From NCBI RefSeq assembly GCF_009914755.1, contig NC_060925.1: a stretch of DNA of 64,000 nucleotides. One strand, 5' to 3'. Shown here one piece after another: positions 29,582 through 47,863 of this stretch (positions within the stretch are counted from its first letter, which is position 1; the number at the start of each line of letters is the position of its first letter). The stretch is from the human T2T-CHM13v2.0 reference genome, Homo sapiens. The notes under the pieces are model-generated. The model was not told where the DNA came from, searched no databases, and worked only from the letters and a program-made list of their open reading frames with translations. The translations under genes were made by a program, and so were the position numbers.

Positions 29582-30127
29582 TGTTATGGGAAAGGGGTCC
29601 TGATCCAGCCCGCAAGAGAGGATTTTTGGATCTCGGGCAAGAATTCAGGGTGAGTCCATAGACTAAAGTGAAAGCAAATCTATAAAGAAAGTAGAGGAAT
29701 AAAAGAATGGCTACTCCATAGACAGAGCAGCCTTGATGGCTGCTGGCTGCCCATTTTTATGGTTATTTCTTAATTATACGGTAAACAAGGGGTGGATTAT
29801 TCATGCCTCCCCTTTTAGACCATATAAGGTAACTTCCTGACATTTCCATGGCATTTGTAAACTGTCATGGTGCTGGCAGGAGTGTAGCAGTGAGGAAAAC
29901 CAGAGGTCACTCCTGTTCCCATCTTGATTTTGGTGGGTTTTAGCCAGCTTCTTTACTGCAGCCTGTTTTATCAGGAAGGTCTCTATGACCTGTATCTTGT
30001 GCCATAACCTCTTATCCTATGACTTAGAATGCCTTAACCACCTGGGAATGCAGCCCAGTAGGTCTCAGCCTTATTCTACCCAGCCCCTACTCAAGATGGA
30101 GTTGCTCTGGTTCAAATGCCTCTGACA
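29582..30127 (-). mobile_element. MER41A-like ERV1 solo LTR (sense to LPGAT1)
   Basis: Reverse strand reads TGTCAGAGGCATTTGAACCAGAGCAACTCCATCTTG...; 4-bp TSD AGAG. Confidence 0.9.
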
Positions 30128-30636
30128 AGAGGACTATTAGACATACTAGTGAAGGAGTCAAACACTCAGAAATAAAAATCTGTTAAGTATATTCCTTTGA
30201 AGAATACATGATATTTTTAATGCTCTCATAACAAAAAATAATACACAATATTTTATTTAGTCATCCCTCTACTAATGGACATTTAGATTATTTCTAATTT
30301 GTTACTCTTACAAAATATCTTGCAGTAATATCCTGTCTTTCTCTAGGATATATAGCCCCAAGTAGAACTGCTATGTCATAGATAATTTAAAATATTGCTA
30401 AACTGCTCTTCAGATTGGCTGCATCGATTTGTGTGTGTTAATTTCCCTAAAAGCTCACCAATATTTGATATTGATGAGTAAAAAATAGTATTTTGCCCTG
30501 TTTTGCATTTCCCTGATCTTTTCATATATTTTTATTTCTATAAACAATGAAAAGTCTTTGTGTCTTTTGTACATTTTTCTTCTGGGTTTTAAATACTATT
30601 ATTGATTTGTAAAAACCATTGAGCTGTTTACATACA

Positions 30637-31524
<888 letters not shown>

Positions 31525-31590
31525 TATACTCAATACTTATTTTTGTTATGTGCACTTCAAACACTTTATTGTGTCTCTTGAACACTCTAG

Positions 31591-31942
<352 letters not shown>

Positions 31943-34267
31943 TAGTTTTTAGTTTTGATGTACTCATATTTATCTTTTCCTTAATGACTTATGACTTCTG
32001 ATTTCTGGGTCTTGTAAGGAAGGGGTACCCTACTTGAAGACATTAAGAGTCTCCTATATTTTCTTCAAATACTTTATTTTTATTTTTTAGAGAAACCCTG
32101 TTTCACTATGTTGCCCAGGCTAGCCTCAAACCCCTGGGCTCAAGCGATCCTTCTGAGTAGCTAGGAATACAGGCACGGGCCATTGCACCCACCCAAATAC
32201 TTTAGGGTCCCATTATTGTTGTTGAGATAAAATCCACCGGGAATTTATTTTGGTATATGGTATGGAGTAAAATTCTAACTTTTCCTCCCATATTGTGAAT
32301 CAACAGTCCCAAAGCCATTTATTGGATAGTTTGTCGTTTCTCCATTGATACGAAAGGGCTACTCAATCATAACGTGAGTTCACAAATAAATCTAGACCTG
32401 AACTTTCTAATCTCTCCATTGATGTGGACTTCCTCCTATAACTACACTGTTTTAATTACATTAGTGTAACTAAACTTGACATCTAGTAGGAAGAACTCCT
32501 TTGTTTTGTTCATCTTCAAAACTATCTTAGCTATTCATTTATCTTGACTCTCTCAAATGAATTTTAGAACCAAATTTTTGTCCAGTGTCTTGAAAAACCA
32601 TCCCGAATTCTGTTTGGAATTACGTTAAATTTATAGGTTAATCTGGAAGAACTGTCATCTTTATAATATTGAGTCTTCCTCTCTGTGAACACAAGTATTA
32701 TCTTTCCATATATTCAGGTCTTTCATGTTTTTACATTTTAGAGAATACACAATGAAATATTTACAAATAACATTATATGATGCCTGAGGCTTGCTTCAAA
32801 ATAATCCACTGGGGTCTGAAAATAACGTAGAGGAAATAACATTGACCATAATTTGGCAATTGTCGAGGGGGTGTGATGTGCACATGAGATTTCATTTACA
32901 AGTCTGAAATTTTCTGTAATAAAAAGATTTTGAAGGAATAACTATTTCTGAAATCACAGCCCCTAAAATGTATAAAAACTCATGACTGTTTTGTTGTCTT
33001 AGGGAGTAAGGGTAAAAGCAGAAGGAAAGACCAAAATGATATATTAATCAAAAATACATACAGGTTTAGGCATAAGATTATGAAATATTATTCTCTGTTT
33101 TTAAGTTTTGGTAATTTTTCTCATAAATAACTTTTCCCTCATCTCTTTGACAATAATTCTCACTGTGCAAATGTAATTTTAATAATACTCTGCAAACTAA
33201 TGTAGGCTATGTATGTGCCCAGCCATGGAAATTGCTAGATCACAGAGTATGTGCATTTTCACCTTAATAAGTATAGTCAATTAGTTCTCAAAGTGGTCAC
33301 AGTAGATTATAATCTCATTAGCAGTATATATGAGATCACCTTTTCCCATATCGGTGTCAAAGTCACCATCTTTGATTTTTCCAAATCTGATCGGCTTGAA
33401 ATGATATATCATTTCTTTTATCAATTACAAATACCCTAAAGCAAATATGTCAAAATGTTAATGTTTGTTTACTCTTGCTAGACAGCATATGTATCTTTAA
33501 AAAATATTAATATTTCTTTTCCAAATTAATTCCCCCTCCCCAAATTAAAATAAGTTATTTCCCAAAGTTCATACTTGAATGCCTTCTCCCAAGTAACCAA
33601 AGTCCTAATCAAGTTACACATGAAAACAACACCTCTGCTTTTAGTAATCTATCTATGCCACTACACTTATGGTTATATCTTTTCTCAAGATTTTAAACAT
33701 GAAAAGATAAGCTACTTCTGCACAAGGATTGTTTTCTCTAACTCACTGTCCTAATTGAAGTGAAATGGACATTTATATCAAGGACAGACATTACTTTTGC
33801 CTTTACCCCTATAAATACTCTCCCTGTAATTAAAATCTAATCATGTTTAATTTTCCTATTAACCACTGAACAGCAGTGCACTGTGCCCACTACTTGCTTA
33901 GCAGGAATAAGCTGTCTTCCAGTTTGATAGAAATAAAAAGAGGAGAGGAGGAGGAAAAAGTTCTTTACTCTCAGATGTTTCCCTTAGGTAAGTCTTAGTT
34001 CTTTTAAAATAAGCATTACTTTTGAAAAAGTTCAATAATGTAGTTGTATGCATGCTAATAAAAATATTTACCTAGTTAAACAATAAATAATATTGGTAAG
34101 AAATGAATTTTTTAAAAAGCATCTTTTCTCTTAAAGTAATAAATGGCTGAGATACAATATATGGAGAATGCTATTTATAAACACCAGACTTACCAATAAT
34201 CTATCATTCTTTATATATCTTAATAATGGTGCTTTATATTTACAAAGTGCTTTGTGTTTTTTAAAAG

Positions 34268-34269
<2 letters not shown>

Positions 34270-34302
<33 letters not shown>

Positions 34303-34564
34303 AGACAGAGTCTTGATCTGTTGCTCAGGCTGGAGTACAGTGGCACAATCTCGGCTCACCACAACCTCCATCTCCCAGGTTCAAGAGATTCTCCCGTCTC
34401 AGACTCCTGAGTAGTACACCACACCTAGCTAATTTTTGTATTTTTGGTAGAGACGGGGTTTCACCATGTTGGCCAGGCTGATCTTGAACTCCGGCCTCAA
34501 GTGATCTGCCCATCTCAGCCTCCCAAAGTGCTGGAATTACAGGCATGAGCCACTGTGCACAGCC
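34270..34564 (-). mobile_element. AluS with long A-tail
   Basis: About 32-nt T run followed by Alu reverse complement. Confidence 0.92.
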
Positions 34565-35302
34565 TGAAAGACTCTTTTACCTGTACATCATTTGCATCTC
34601 ACAACAATGCATCCGCCAAAGTCAGGGCAACTTCTGGCCACCAGAGTCCCAGCATTAGCAAAGTTGCCTGGGCACTTAATCACCATTTGCCACAAATTTT
34701 CTGAGGAATATGCTCTAAATGCATGCCCTAAAAGTTCAATTTTTGAAACACAGCAATACTACCTATTTGTAAGACAGGCTCTAGTATACAACTCTGTCAC
34801 AAATGTTTACTTTCTCATCTATGTGGTATTTTAAGTACTTCAGTAGTATTTTATATAAAAATAATGTGTATTTTATGGTGTTTCATATATAACATGTCAT
34901 CTCTTCTAGAAATCCTAAAAACCAACATAAGCCTGAGTAGTAAATTAACGGAGAAAACTGCTATTGGAAGAAATAAACAGTTTCAGAGTATTTAAAATAA
35001 GTTATTACATTCTTTTGCTTTTTCCTAAGTGTCAGTACAGAAATTTCGAATCAAGAAAAACATTCTGCTCCACATTCTGGCAATCTAGATATTCTTTTTC
35101 TACTTAAATAATTTTTTTTTTAAAAAAAGAACTTATTAACACAGTATGAAGGGAGTTTTACTCTGTGGGAAAACGCCACTTTTGCTCAGAGATCTCCATA
35201 TACTTGCTTGTCACATTATGTTCCAGTGAGGTACAGAACAGGTAGTGGAATTTATTTGGTAGCTTGGACTATAATTTATAAGAAGTGAAAGTAAATGTAT
35301 TA

Positions 35303-35632
<330 letters not shown>

Positions 35633-35795
35633 CTACATAGGAGAGGACAGTTATTGCCCTCTATGAAATCTACCTAAAATATAATAAAAGTATCTCAAAT
35701 ATATAGAAACTTATTATAGATTTAATACTTATGAATTGTTAACCTTTCTCTTAATCTGTACTTTCAACTGGGAGTTTCTCTTAGAATTGTTTCAT

Positions 35796-36098
<303 letters not shown>

Positions 36099-36417
36099 GT
36101 GTTTCATTTAATTACTACTACCTATGAATTTGTTTTGATTTGATCCATAATAACTGCCTTTTAAGTGGTACTAATGTTCTAGGACTTATCTATGTTGGCT
36201 CTTTTTTTTTTCTTTTAATTACAGAACTCTAGGCTTCTCATGCTTGTCAGCTCTATAGATAACATTTTACCAACTACATTATTTCTTTTAAAATGGAGAA
36301 ATTAAAATACATGAAATATCTTAAGTGGGATCTAATAAAAGCTGAGCAGGATGGATTAACTACTTTCTGACTGTCATATGTCACATTTCCCAAGATTACA
36401 CTAAAAAACTAGCAACA

Positions 36418-36724
<307 letters not shown>

Positions 36725-37877
36725 TCACTAAGTGATCACTTCAGTTAAATTCTCAAGAATGAGGGCTGCTTTATTTATTTATCTTTTTAAGTCTGCTAAG
36801 ATGAAAACAAATCCTTTCTACATCATGTGAAACAAAATTGGCTGGTACCATATGGCTTAATGTTCTAGAGTTCTGGAGAAATTATGCTTAACTGCAGAAA
36901 AAAAAAAAAAACCTTCATGAATAGTTTTTCAAATCTCCCCATAGGTGAAGATAAGGAAGCCAACACGAAACAAAACTACAATTTTTTAGTGAACTTTATA
37001 GTTTCCAGACAACCTTTTCCTACACTTTGGGCACCCACTCCCCACTTTAAGCAGTTGATACTACCCAGTTTTTCTTGCCAACCTCCTCACATTACAAGAG
37101 AAAGGGATCTAATCCCAATTATTTATATTATTAACATTTGTATATATAATGTGATTTCTAATGCTGCATTTAAAAAATTTTATGAAACACCTTGTCCTTG
37201 TTTAAAATTTTTAAAATATAACCAAATGAACGAAAATTCTGAATTAAAACCATTCTTTCTTTCCCTACGCCCCTTGGTGTCCTGATGGCCAAAAACAATA
37301 TACGAGAAGTCACTCTACAGTTGATAGACACTATTCCTGGGAGCTGCTAAAGACATGGCCCAAATCCCCTCTCACAAGTTTCTTGCAAAACCACAGTACT
37401 ATCCTGACACCAGGATACCTCTGTTCTTTCTTGCTGTTTTCATTTGCTCTCCATTTCTGAACACAGGTACTACCTCTCCTCTAATATTGGTTAGACACTA
37501 ATCTTGATTAAACCCTGGGAAGAAAAGAAAAGTATATCTCCTCACTTGTCCTTGGTAGTTGCCACGGGTTGAGGTCTTTCACATGGAAACATAGTAAGGC
37601 TAAAAGGCCTATAAAGTGATCAAAACCAAACAGGCCTTATCATGAAGCCTATGCTTCATACAGATACCTGTCATATTTATATAAACTCCTTAAAAAAACT
37701 ACATTAAAAAAACAAGAAGCTAGCATAGATAGTCAATAAATGTTCTTGCTACTGTTGTTTATGCAAATGACATATTAAAATGTTAAAAATTTAAAAGTGT
37801 AAGTCATAGCAAAATTACCAATTTAATCATTCAGAAAATCTTATGTGGATTAATGATTTAAAAACAAATTCAATTTC

Positions 37878-38751
<874 letters not shown>

Positions 38752-39065
38752 TCTCTATTAATACATACCTTCTTAACCCAAGTGAGTATATATTTATCCT
38801 TGATGTTTGCCCTTTGAGTTAACTTTTACTCAAAAGTGTCAGGCAACCGAATAATCATAGTGCCTCTAGAATATCACTTTTAGAGATCTTTATAACTGAG
38901 CGAAATACCTATTTCAAATGATATTTTAATATTAAAAATGCAGCATAAGAATGAACTTGAGCCAACTATTTCTACTGTGTGATTAAAAACTAAATATTAA
39001 GACATTCATACTATTCTGAGGTAGTATTGTTGGATATATACTGAGTACTAATATAGAATTCTTAC

Positions 39066-39192
39066 CTGTAATGTACATGTGTGACTGTTGGTTTCCTGTA
39101 TCCAAGGATCCAGGTTTGAATATCTATAGGTTCAGCTTTGGGATAAGCTATCGTTGTATCTATTATCCACTGGAGGCCTTTTGATTTGCTGT
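39066..39192 (-). CDS. LPGAT1: LPGAT1 coding exon 6 (127 nt)
   Basis: ttctcag|AC ... CAG|gtaaga. Translates (D)SKSKGLQWIIDTTIAYPKAEPIDIQTWILGYRKPTVTHVHY(R); phases match both neighbouring exons. Confidence 0.97.
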
Positions 39193-39711
39193 CTGAGAAC
39201 AAAGAAAAAAAGACTTAAAATTAAATCAACTTTTATATTATCTGCAGCAAATAACATAGATTACTTGACCAGTGTAAGATATATCACTATACCTTTTGCA
39301 TTAAGAAAAATTCTAAGGATGAACTTTGGTGCTCCTGTTCTATAACACTCTTCAGAAGAAATTAAGGATTACTTATGTTATAAAATGGATGAACCTCGAA
39401 ACAAAGAACACTATTATCTACTGGACATGCACCATTCAAGTATCTGATACAATTATGCACTATGAAGGTCTAATTTATATTTAACACTCCTATAAAAAAC
39501 TAACCTATGAAAAGGTCAGAAGCTAAACTCACATCACAGAAACAAAAAACAGACTTCGAAACAAAACAAAATCATTCACTAAATATAATATAATATAAAC
39601 ACCAAGACTTATGATACTGAGGATGGGCATTAATAAATATTGGAACATGGCAACAAAATTAAGCATTCTTTATGTACACATTTTGTTGCTGCTCTTGTTT
39701 AAGACAAAGCA

Positions 39712-40358
<647 letters not shown>

Positions 40359-42586
40359 GCAAAATATCTCCCTCAGTTTTAGCAAGAGTTATATACACAG
40401 AAAGCAATAAAGCTTCCTGCCCTTTGGAAGGTACAACTGGTGACTACTGTTGTAGAGAGAGGATGGTAAGTTCTGCTAAGTTTGATCCTTTGCACACTGT
40501 TTTTATCCCAGCATGGGGTACAAAGGTGAGCGAGAACTGAGAGGGGAAACATCACAGAGGATACTGATGGCCAGACTTTAGAGTATAATGGTCCATTCTT
40601 TATTTGAAGTATGTAAGAAATCCCTAAAAAAAGAGAACTCATTTTCAAGCATAAGTTCAAATGTGCATTAGGAATCAATGATATATTACTTTTGTATGTC
40701 AAATAATTTAAAACTGGCCTTAAATTCTGTAAAGATTTTAGAATAACATTGTGAAGGAGAAAAATATACTTGTAAAACAAGTAAAAAATTAATTTTTAAA
40801 TAACATATTGCTAAATGAATGGAGTTTATGTAAAGAAACACACTTTACCAAGCTACCAATGATATACATGCTGAAATGTTTAGGAGTAAAGTATACTAAT
40901 GAAGTTTATTTTTAGACACATTAAAAAATGAAACAACCAAGATGGATTAATGGATAGATAGAAGGATGAAGAGATAATCTAGTTAGTCAGCTCACAGATA
41001 TCCACTGCAAAATTCTTTCAACTCTTATGTTTGAAAATTTTTATAATTAAATGATGAGAAAAAACACCAAAATTCAGTTTAATATCTGTTAAATCATGTG
41101 ATAACAAAAATACTAATCCTTTTAATCAGACAGAACTTAATTTTGGTATATATGTATGCATCACATATTAAACACAAAGGCATGGTTTGCGTATACATGG
41201 CATAAAATGCTAGTGAATATAAATGCAAAAGAAAATAAAATGCAAAATACCAAAATATGGAAAAGAAAATAATATAGGTAAAACTAGTTTTCAAGTACAC
41301 TTATAATTTTTCTTCTAAACAGGTAGAATGAAAAGCTTTCAGGTAGGATTAAAAAATAAACTACTCTGCTTTAGTTATAAACTAGTTCTCTGTAAAAGAA
41401 AACAACCATTTTTCTTCACTATTATGCAGTCAGTATAACAACTGCCCCTACATTTGAGATCTAGACCACTACAGGGTATTGACTGGGTGGAACTATTTTA
41501 GAACAGCAGTCTTTATTAGTGCAACTAATCCTGTTTGGAAGACATTTGCCTTCAAGCTTTGGCTCGGCTGCCATTGCCACAGTGTCTCTCCAGTAGTGAA
41601 ACTATTCTGAACTTTCCTTTTCTATTAAAAGACTCTTTCAATTTGTCTTTTTAATAGATGATGAAAGATTAAGAGAGCTGACTGCCAAGCAGCTGCTTGG
41701 GAAAAACAAATAAAAGGAAAACTCAGTTAAATCTGAGTTAAATCACAGACATTATTTCTACGTCTGGTCCTGATTGCCACTTAAAAACACATTGTTTCTG
41801 AGGGCCAATCATTTCAATTCTTATTTTATTTTATTTAAAGAATATGAATAGAAATAGCAAAATACTGCAAAGGAAACAGGCCTAGTGAATGCCTTTCAGC
41901 TTTCTAACTTATAATCAGACTTTCACAGTAGTATCTTAGATAGCTTGTTCAAAACAGTCTCCATGCTATGGGCACAAATATCTTCTGCAAAACTTTGTAA
42001 TTTACCAGACTATCTGCAAGATAGTTGCATCTCTGAGAATGATTTGCCTTTTCCTGGTGAGAAGGTAATACATACATATTATTTTTAAAAATGGAAAATT
42101 CAGAAAAGCATTAATAAATAGAGAAAAATAATACATAATGTTACAACTCAGAAAAGCAATCAGTGCTAACATTTTGGTGTCTTTCCTTTCACGCATTTCC
42201 TACTGCCTTGTTGTTTACAGACTTGAATTCAAATCGTTTTCATAAGAGTTGTATGTTTGTCCACCCTATTAACATAAGAGCACAAACGTTTTTCCAAGCC
42301 AATACAAACACTCCATAAACATCATTTGTAACAGCTGTGTTGTATTCCGTTGTATGGATATTTGATAATTACTAATCCATTCTCATTTCTGGCTAATTCC
42401 AATTTTTTGGCTATTATAAATAATTGGCTATTATAAATAATCTGTAATAAACTTCTTTGCCTGCATTTCAGATTATTTCCTTTTGATAAATATTTGCAGT
42501 GGAATAACTGAGTCATTTATTAACACTTAATGCTCTTAATACTATCAAATTGCATTAAATTAGTTCTCTGCATTAAAAACAAACAA

Positions 42587-42930
42587 GGCTGGACATGGTG
42601 GCTTACACCTATACTCCCAGCACTCTGGGAGGCCAAGGCAGGAGTATCACTTCAGGTTAGGGGTCTGACACTAGTCTGGTCAACACAGTGAGACCCCATC
42701 TCTACAAAACAACTAAAGAATTAGCCAGGCATGGTGGCATGTGCCTACAACCCCAGCTACTCAGGAGGTTGAGGTGGGAAGATCGCTTGAGCCCAGGAAT
42801 TCAAGACTACGGTGAGCTATGATCATACCACTGCACTCCAGCCTGGACAACAGAGCAAGACTGTCTCCCAAGAAAACCCAGAAAAAAAACAAAAACAACA
42901 ACAACAAGAAAAACCCCAGAAAACCAAAAA
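42587..42930 (+). mobile_element. AluJ-like
   Basis: Diverged dimer with degenerate A-rich tail. Confidence 0.88.
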
Positions 42931-43363
42931 GCTTTCTCAATTTGATAAATGAAAATATGTATTATTTGATAAATGAAAAGATTAGTTTTTCAAACATGTT
43001 ATTTCTATAGTTATATCTTTTAGCCTAGCAATTCCACTTCTAGGAATCTGTACTACAGAAATAGTTCCACCAATATGTAAAGATGTTTATAAGAATGTTT
43101 ACTGCAGCGGTGGGAATGGCTCCGTATAAGTAGGACAGGAGAAAGATATCTTTGACTTTACGCATTTCTGTATTATTTGAGTAAATTATTATAAGCATGG
43201 ACTACTTTTGTAAATGGAAACTTTTTTAAAAAATTACAGTTTCATCTTCTCCCTATTATTTTTAACAAAAATTATAAATATAAAAAAGAACAATGATCAT
43301 CTTCTGTAACTCCAGAAAATCCTTTAACTCCAACAAGGTAAAAAATGCTAAAAACCATCATAC

Positions 43364-43637
43364 CTAATTCTTTAGCATCTCCTCCTGCTGGACTTCCATT
43401 TTTCTGTTGTGCTACAAGTGCATTCAAAATAATTTTTGTTGCCCCAGACCTTGGCAGAGTAACATTTGTAAGAAATGGCAAGTTATTTTTCTTGGCAAAT
43501 GCCTGACTTGTTTCTCGCCTCTTCCTGAGGAAGCCCCCTTCTGGAAACAAAACAATCCATTTTCGATCTCTGCTCCTGTAATTATTTTCTAAGTGCTTCT
43601 TGAGAAGCAGCAGCTGTTGGTCACGATAAGATCTTCC
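43364..43637 (-). CDS. LPGAT1: LPGAT1 coding exon 5 (274 nt), motif III
   Basis: ccttctag|GGA ... TTAG|gtatga. Translates [91 protein letters not shown]. Overlaps ORF-track entry 43272..43550. Confidence 0.97.
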
Positions 43638-43884
43638 CTAGAAGGTACACACACACGTAATAAGTACAGGTATATCCAAAATTAAAATGCCATAAAATTA
43701 AACAGAAATTACAGCTTCTAAATTAAAATCCAATCACAGAATAGAATAGTGATTCCCCCACCCCACCCCAACTTACTGCCCTTTTTGACCACAGGGGTAA
43801 AAAGAGAGAAGTTATTAGCATTTATATAAATAAACCTTTCTTTCTGAAGGAAAAGGAAATTGTTCTGATTGCCCTTGAAAGTGC

Positions 43885-44870
43885 AGTCATTCATCAATTC
43901 AGTCACTACTTACTGAGTGCCTGCTATGTGCCACGCATTGTCCTAGGCACTAGACATAGAGGAGGAAATAAAGAGACTTTCATGGAGCTTACATTCTAGT
44001 TTGGGAAGATGGTAAATGTGGAGTGCAAATTCAACTAGTAATATGTGTTAGGAAGAAAACAGTAAAAGGATAGAAAGGGTCAAGAGGGTCAGAGAAAGCT
44101 GCTATGAGGAGGTGACATTTGAGCAGAACTGATAATGTGAGGGAATAAGTCATGTGAAGATGCAAGCCATAATATTCCAGGTGACAAAACAAAAAGGACA
44201 AAGGTCATTTGGTGGGAACGAGTATGGCATGTTCAAAGAACAGCACCAAGGCCAGTGTGGCTGAAGTGTGATAAACAAGGAAGTCAGGGGTAGGAAATGA
44301 AGCTGCAGAGGGAGGTGGAGACCAAATGAGAAAAGCCTTATGCATGGTAAGTAGTTTTGGAGAGGACATCTTTGGATAGTTTTGAACAAGGAAGTGTTAT
44401 AATCTTATTTCTGTTTAAAAAAATCTGACCAGCCTGGGCAACATGGTGAAACCCCGTCTATACAAAAAATACAAAAATTAGCTGGGTGCGATGGCACATT
44501 TAGTGGTCCCAGCTACTCAGGAGGCTGAGGCAGGAGGATCACTTGTGCCCACAAGTTCGAGGATGCAGTGAGCCCTGATGGTACTACTGTACTCCAGCCT
44601 GGGTGATAGAGTGAGACCCTGTCTCAAAAAAAAAAAAAAAAAGAAAAAAGAAAGAAAATCTGCTGGTTCCTGTGACCAAAAGACCACAGGAGATAAGTTA
44701 GAAGACTTGCAGTATTCCACACAAGGGAATTTGATGAGATTCAATTATATTGTATTGATAATAAGTAGTTACATTTAGGAAAAATGTGAAAGTAAAGCTA
44801 AAAAAGACATTCTAATGGACTGTATCTTAGTTGAGAGGGAAAGAGAGAAAAGAAGATGACCTGAAGTCTA
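43885..44870 (-). mobile_element. L2 3' region interrupted by a 5'-truncated Alu (44427-44658, +)
   Basis: cattcatcaattca...actgagtgcctgctatgtgcca L2 end; Alu TSD aaaatctg. Confidence 0.8.
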
Positions 44871-44871
44871 A

Positions 44872-45238
<367 letters not shown>

Positions 45239-45737
45239 GGTTCTTTCTTTCAGTGTGATCAGTTTGCCAACATTTTCCAGCCAACAAAATTACAGAAACT
45301 CCTCAAAATAATTAGTATGCTTTCAGTCTTTAGATCAAATGTATCCCAAATGCAAAACATGTAAGACATTTTGTTAGTCAGTTTGCTGAAGTGAACTGAT
45401 TATGATTAAGATAGCTATTAAGTTCTCAAGATTATACGTAAAATATTTTTACTATTCTTGGAAAAGCTTGTCAAAATGGTCTAGTAGCAAAGTCTCAAGA
45501 GAATTTTTCTTTTAAACATTAATGCTTTTTCCCTTCCTTCCCCTCATGTTATAGATTTTTATTACTAATCTATCAGGGAAAAACACGTTGCTCTTTAGAA
45601 ATAAATTTGTAAACTTTCCAGAAACTTCGAAATATAATCTTTATGTATGCAAAACTTCACATAGTAATCACAAGAAAATATTTTGGAGTACCTAATTTTC
45701 AACTTTTATCTAAAAGTACACCGATAATCTAGTATAA

Positions 45738-46070
<333 letters not shown>

Positions 46071-47340
46071 TAGAATCAACTGTTACACTACACTGTAAAT
46101 TCAATTATTTCCTAAAGCTGGAAATGAGGTAAGGTGCTCAGCTAGCTTTTCGGATCCCTGAGACTGCTAAGCTTTCTAATTGTTGGTTCCGCTGCCTTCT
46201 CTGAGCTATTACACTAGGATCTTTGTTAAGTTGTCCTGATCAGTTTATTTTGTCTTGACCTTGTGTCCACTCCCCATTGCCACTTCTTGTGGTTCCAGGG
46301 TATGCTTATATTTGTTTCTCTGCTCAGAAGAACAAAGGATGTTTCCAAAATGAAATGATATAATGTCCAGTACATAAAACTGTCTGGAGTAAAGTACATG
46401 TGTTTTGTGACACTTATTTTCACAGAACTTAGAAGTTTCTCTACTCAATTCCAGCTTATTTCTGAATTTGTGGTTCTTGGAAAAGGCTTAATTAGATTCA
46501 CCAATTATTCATTAAGTAATAATTATGTGCAAAGCACGGCACAATCCAGGTTGTTAAATATGTAAACACCAAATAACTGTGGTATTGTCATGCATAAAAG
46601 CTCGTACATACCATATTTCAGTTATCCATTCTGGTGAAAATAAAGCATATAATACTAGTAACAAGTCAAGAAAATAATGTAGTGCTGATAAGAGGCTATC
46701 ATTCTTCTTCCTACACTAAACTATTCCTAATGCTTGGGACTTCCCAATTCACCTTCCTCCATCAAATCCATACCTATTCTTTAAAACTTGTGCCAAATAT
46801 CATCTTCTCTGAAGTTTTTCTGGATTCACATAAAACTGATATACTTATTTTTCCTACTATGAATTCCCAAAACATCTCCCATTATTATTATTACATTAAC
46901 TTATTTATTAATTTATTTAATAATCTGCCTACTAGTAATTTAGATATCTACTATATTATACAACAGTGCCTTGTAAATAAAAGTAATAGTGATACAATAG
47001 TAGTAATCAAGATAAAAATGATGATGAAGGTAGTAGGCACTGTTCTGAGTGCTTTATAGCTATTACTTCATTTAATCCCCACAACAACCATTGTGGGGGA
47101 TACTACATATTATTCAAGTTTGGAAAACAAGAAACTTGAGGATTTAAATAATTTGCCCAATTCACATAGCTAAGAAACTGAATAGTGGGGAATGTTTACT
47201 AAACTAAAAATGTACCTTCTAAATGGGAGAAGAGTAGAGATTAGAATATTTGCATTTTAAGTATTTTAATACTTATCCATACTCAAATTTAGATTGAAAT
47301 AAATGGTTAGGGAACAAAGATTCCGAGAAAGAGCTCCCTG

Positions 47341-47645
47341 AGCCTGGCACAGTGGCCAGTGGCTCACACTTGTAATCCCAGCACTCTGGGAGGCCAGGCG
47401 GGTGGATCACTTGTGGTCAGGAGTTTGAGACCCTAACCAACACAGTGAAACCCCATCTCTACTAAAAATACAAAAATTAGCTGGGCGTAGTGGCATGCCT
47501 ATAGTCCCAGCTACTCCAAAGGCTGAGGCATGAGAATCACTTGAACCCAGGAAGTGGAGGTTACAGTGAGCCGAGATGGTGCCAATGCACGCTAGCCTGG
47601 GCGACAGAGCGAGACTCTGTCTCTCAAAAAAAAAAAAAAAAAAAA
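47341..47645 (+). mobile_element. AluS
   Basis: TSD agctccct; lies about 120 bp from the exon 4 donor. Confidence 0.92.
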
Positions 47646-47767
47646 GCTCCCTAAGACTGGTTAGAAGCAGCCCTACCTATTATAATTGGTTTTGTTATAC
47701 CTCTTTTTATAATCAAGAATCAATTTGACCAGGCTATCACTGCGGGGAAAAAGTGCTCATTACTTAC

Positions 47768-47863
47768 CTGTCTTATAAAGAAGTCTCCATGAACTAGAGA
47801 AACAATTCCAAAGTTTGTGTACTTAAAAATATGATCCATCAACCACATCATCTGAGCAACAAC
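47768..47863 (-). CDS. LPGAT1: LPGAT1 coding exon 4 (96 nt)
   Basis: attttag|GTT ... CAG|gtaagt. Translates VVAQMMWLMDHIFKYTNFGIVSLVHGDFFIRQ (motif II-like GDFFIR); phase 0-0. Confidence 0.97.
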
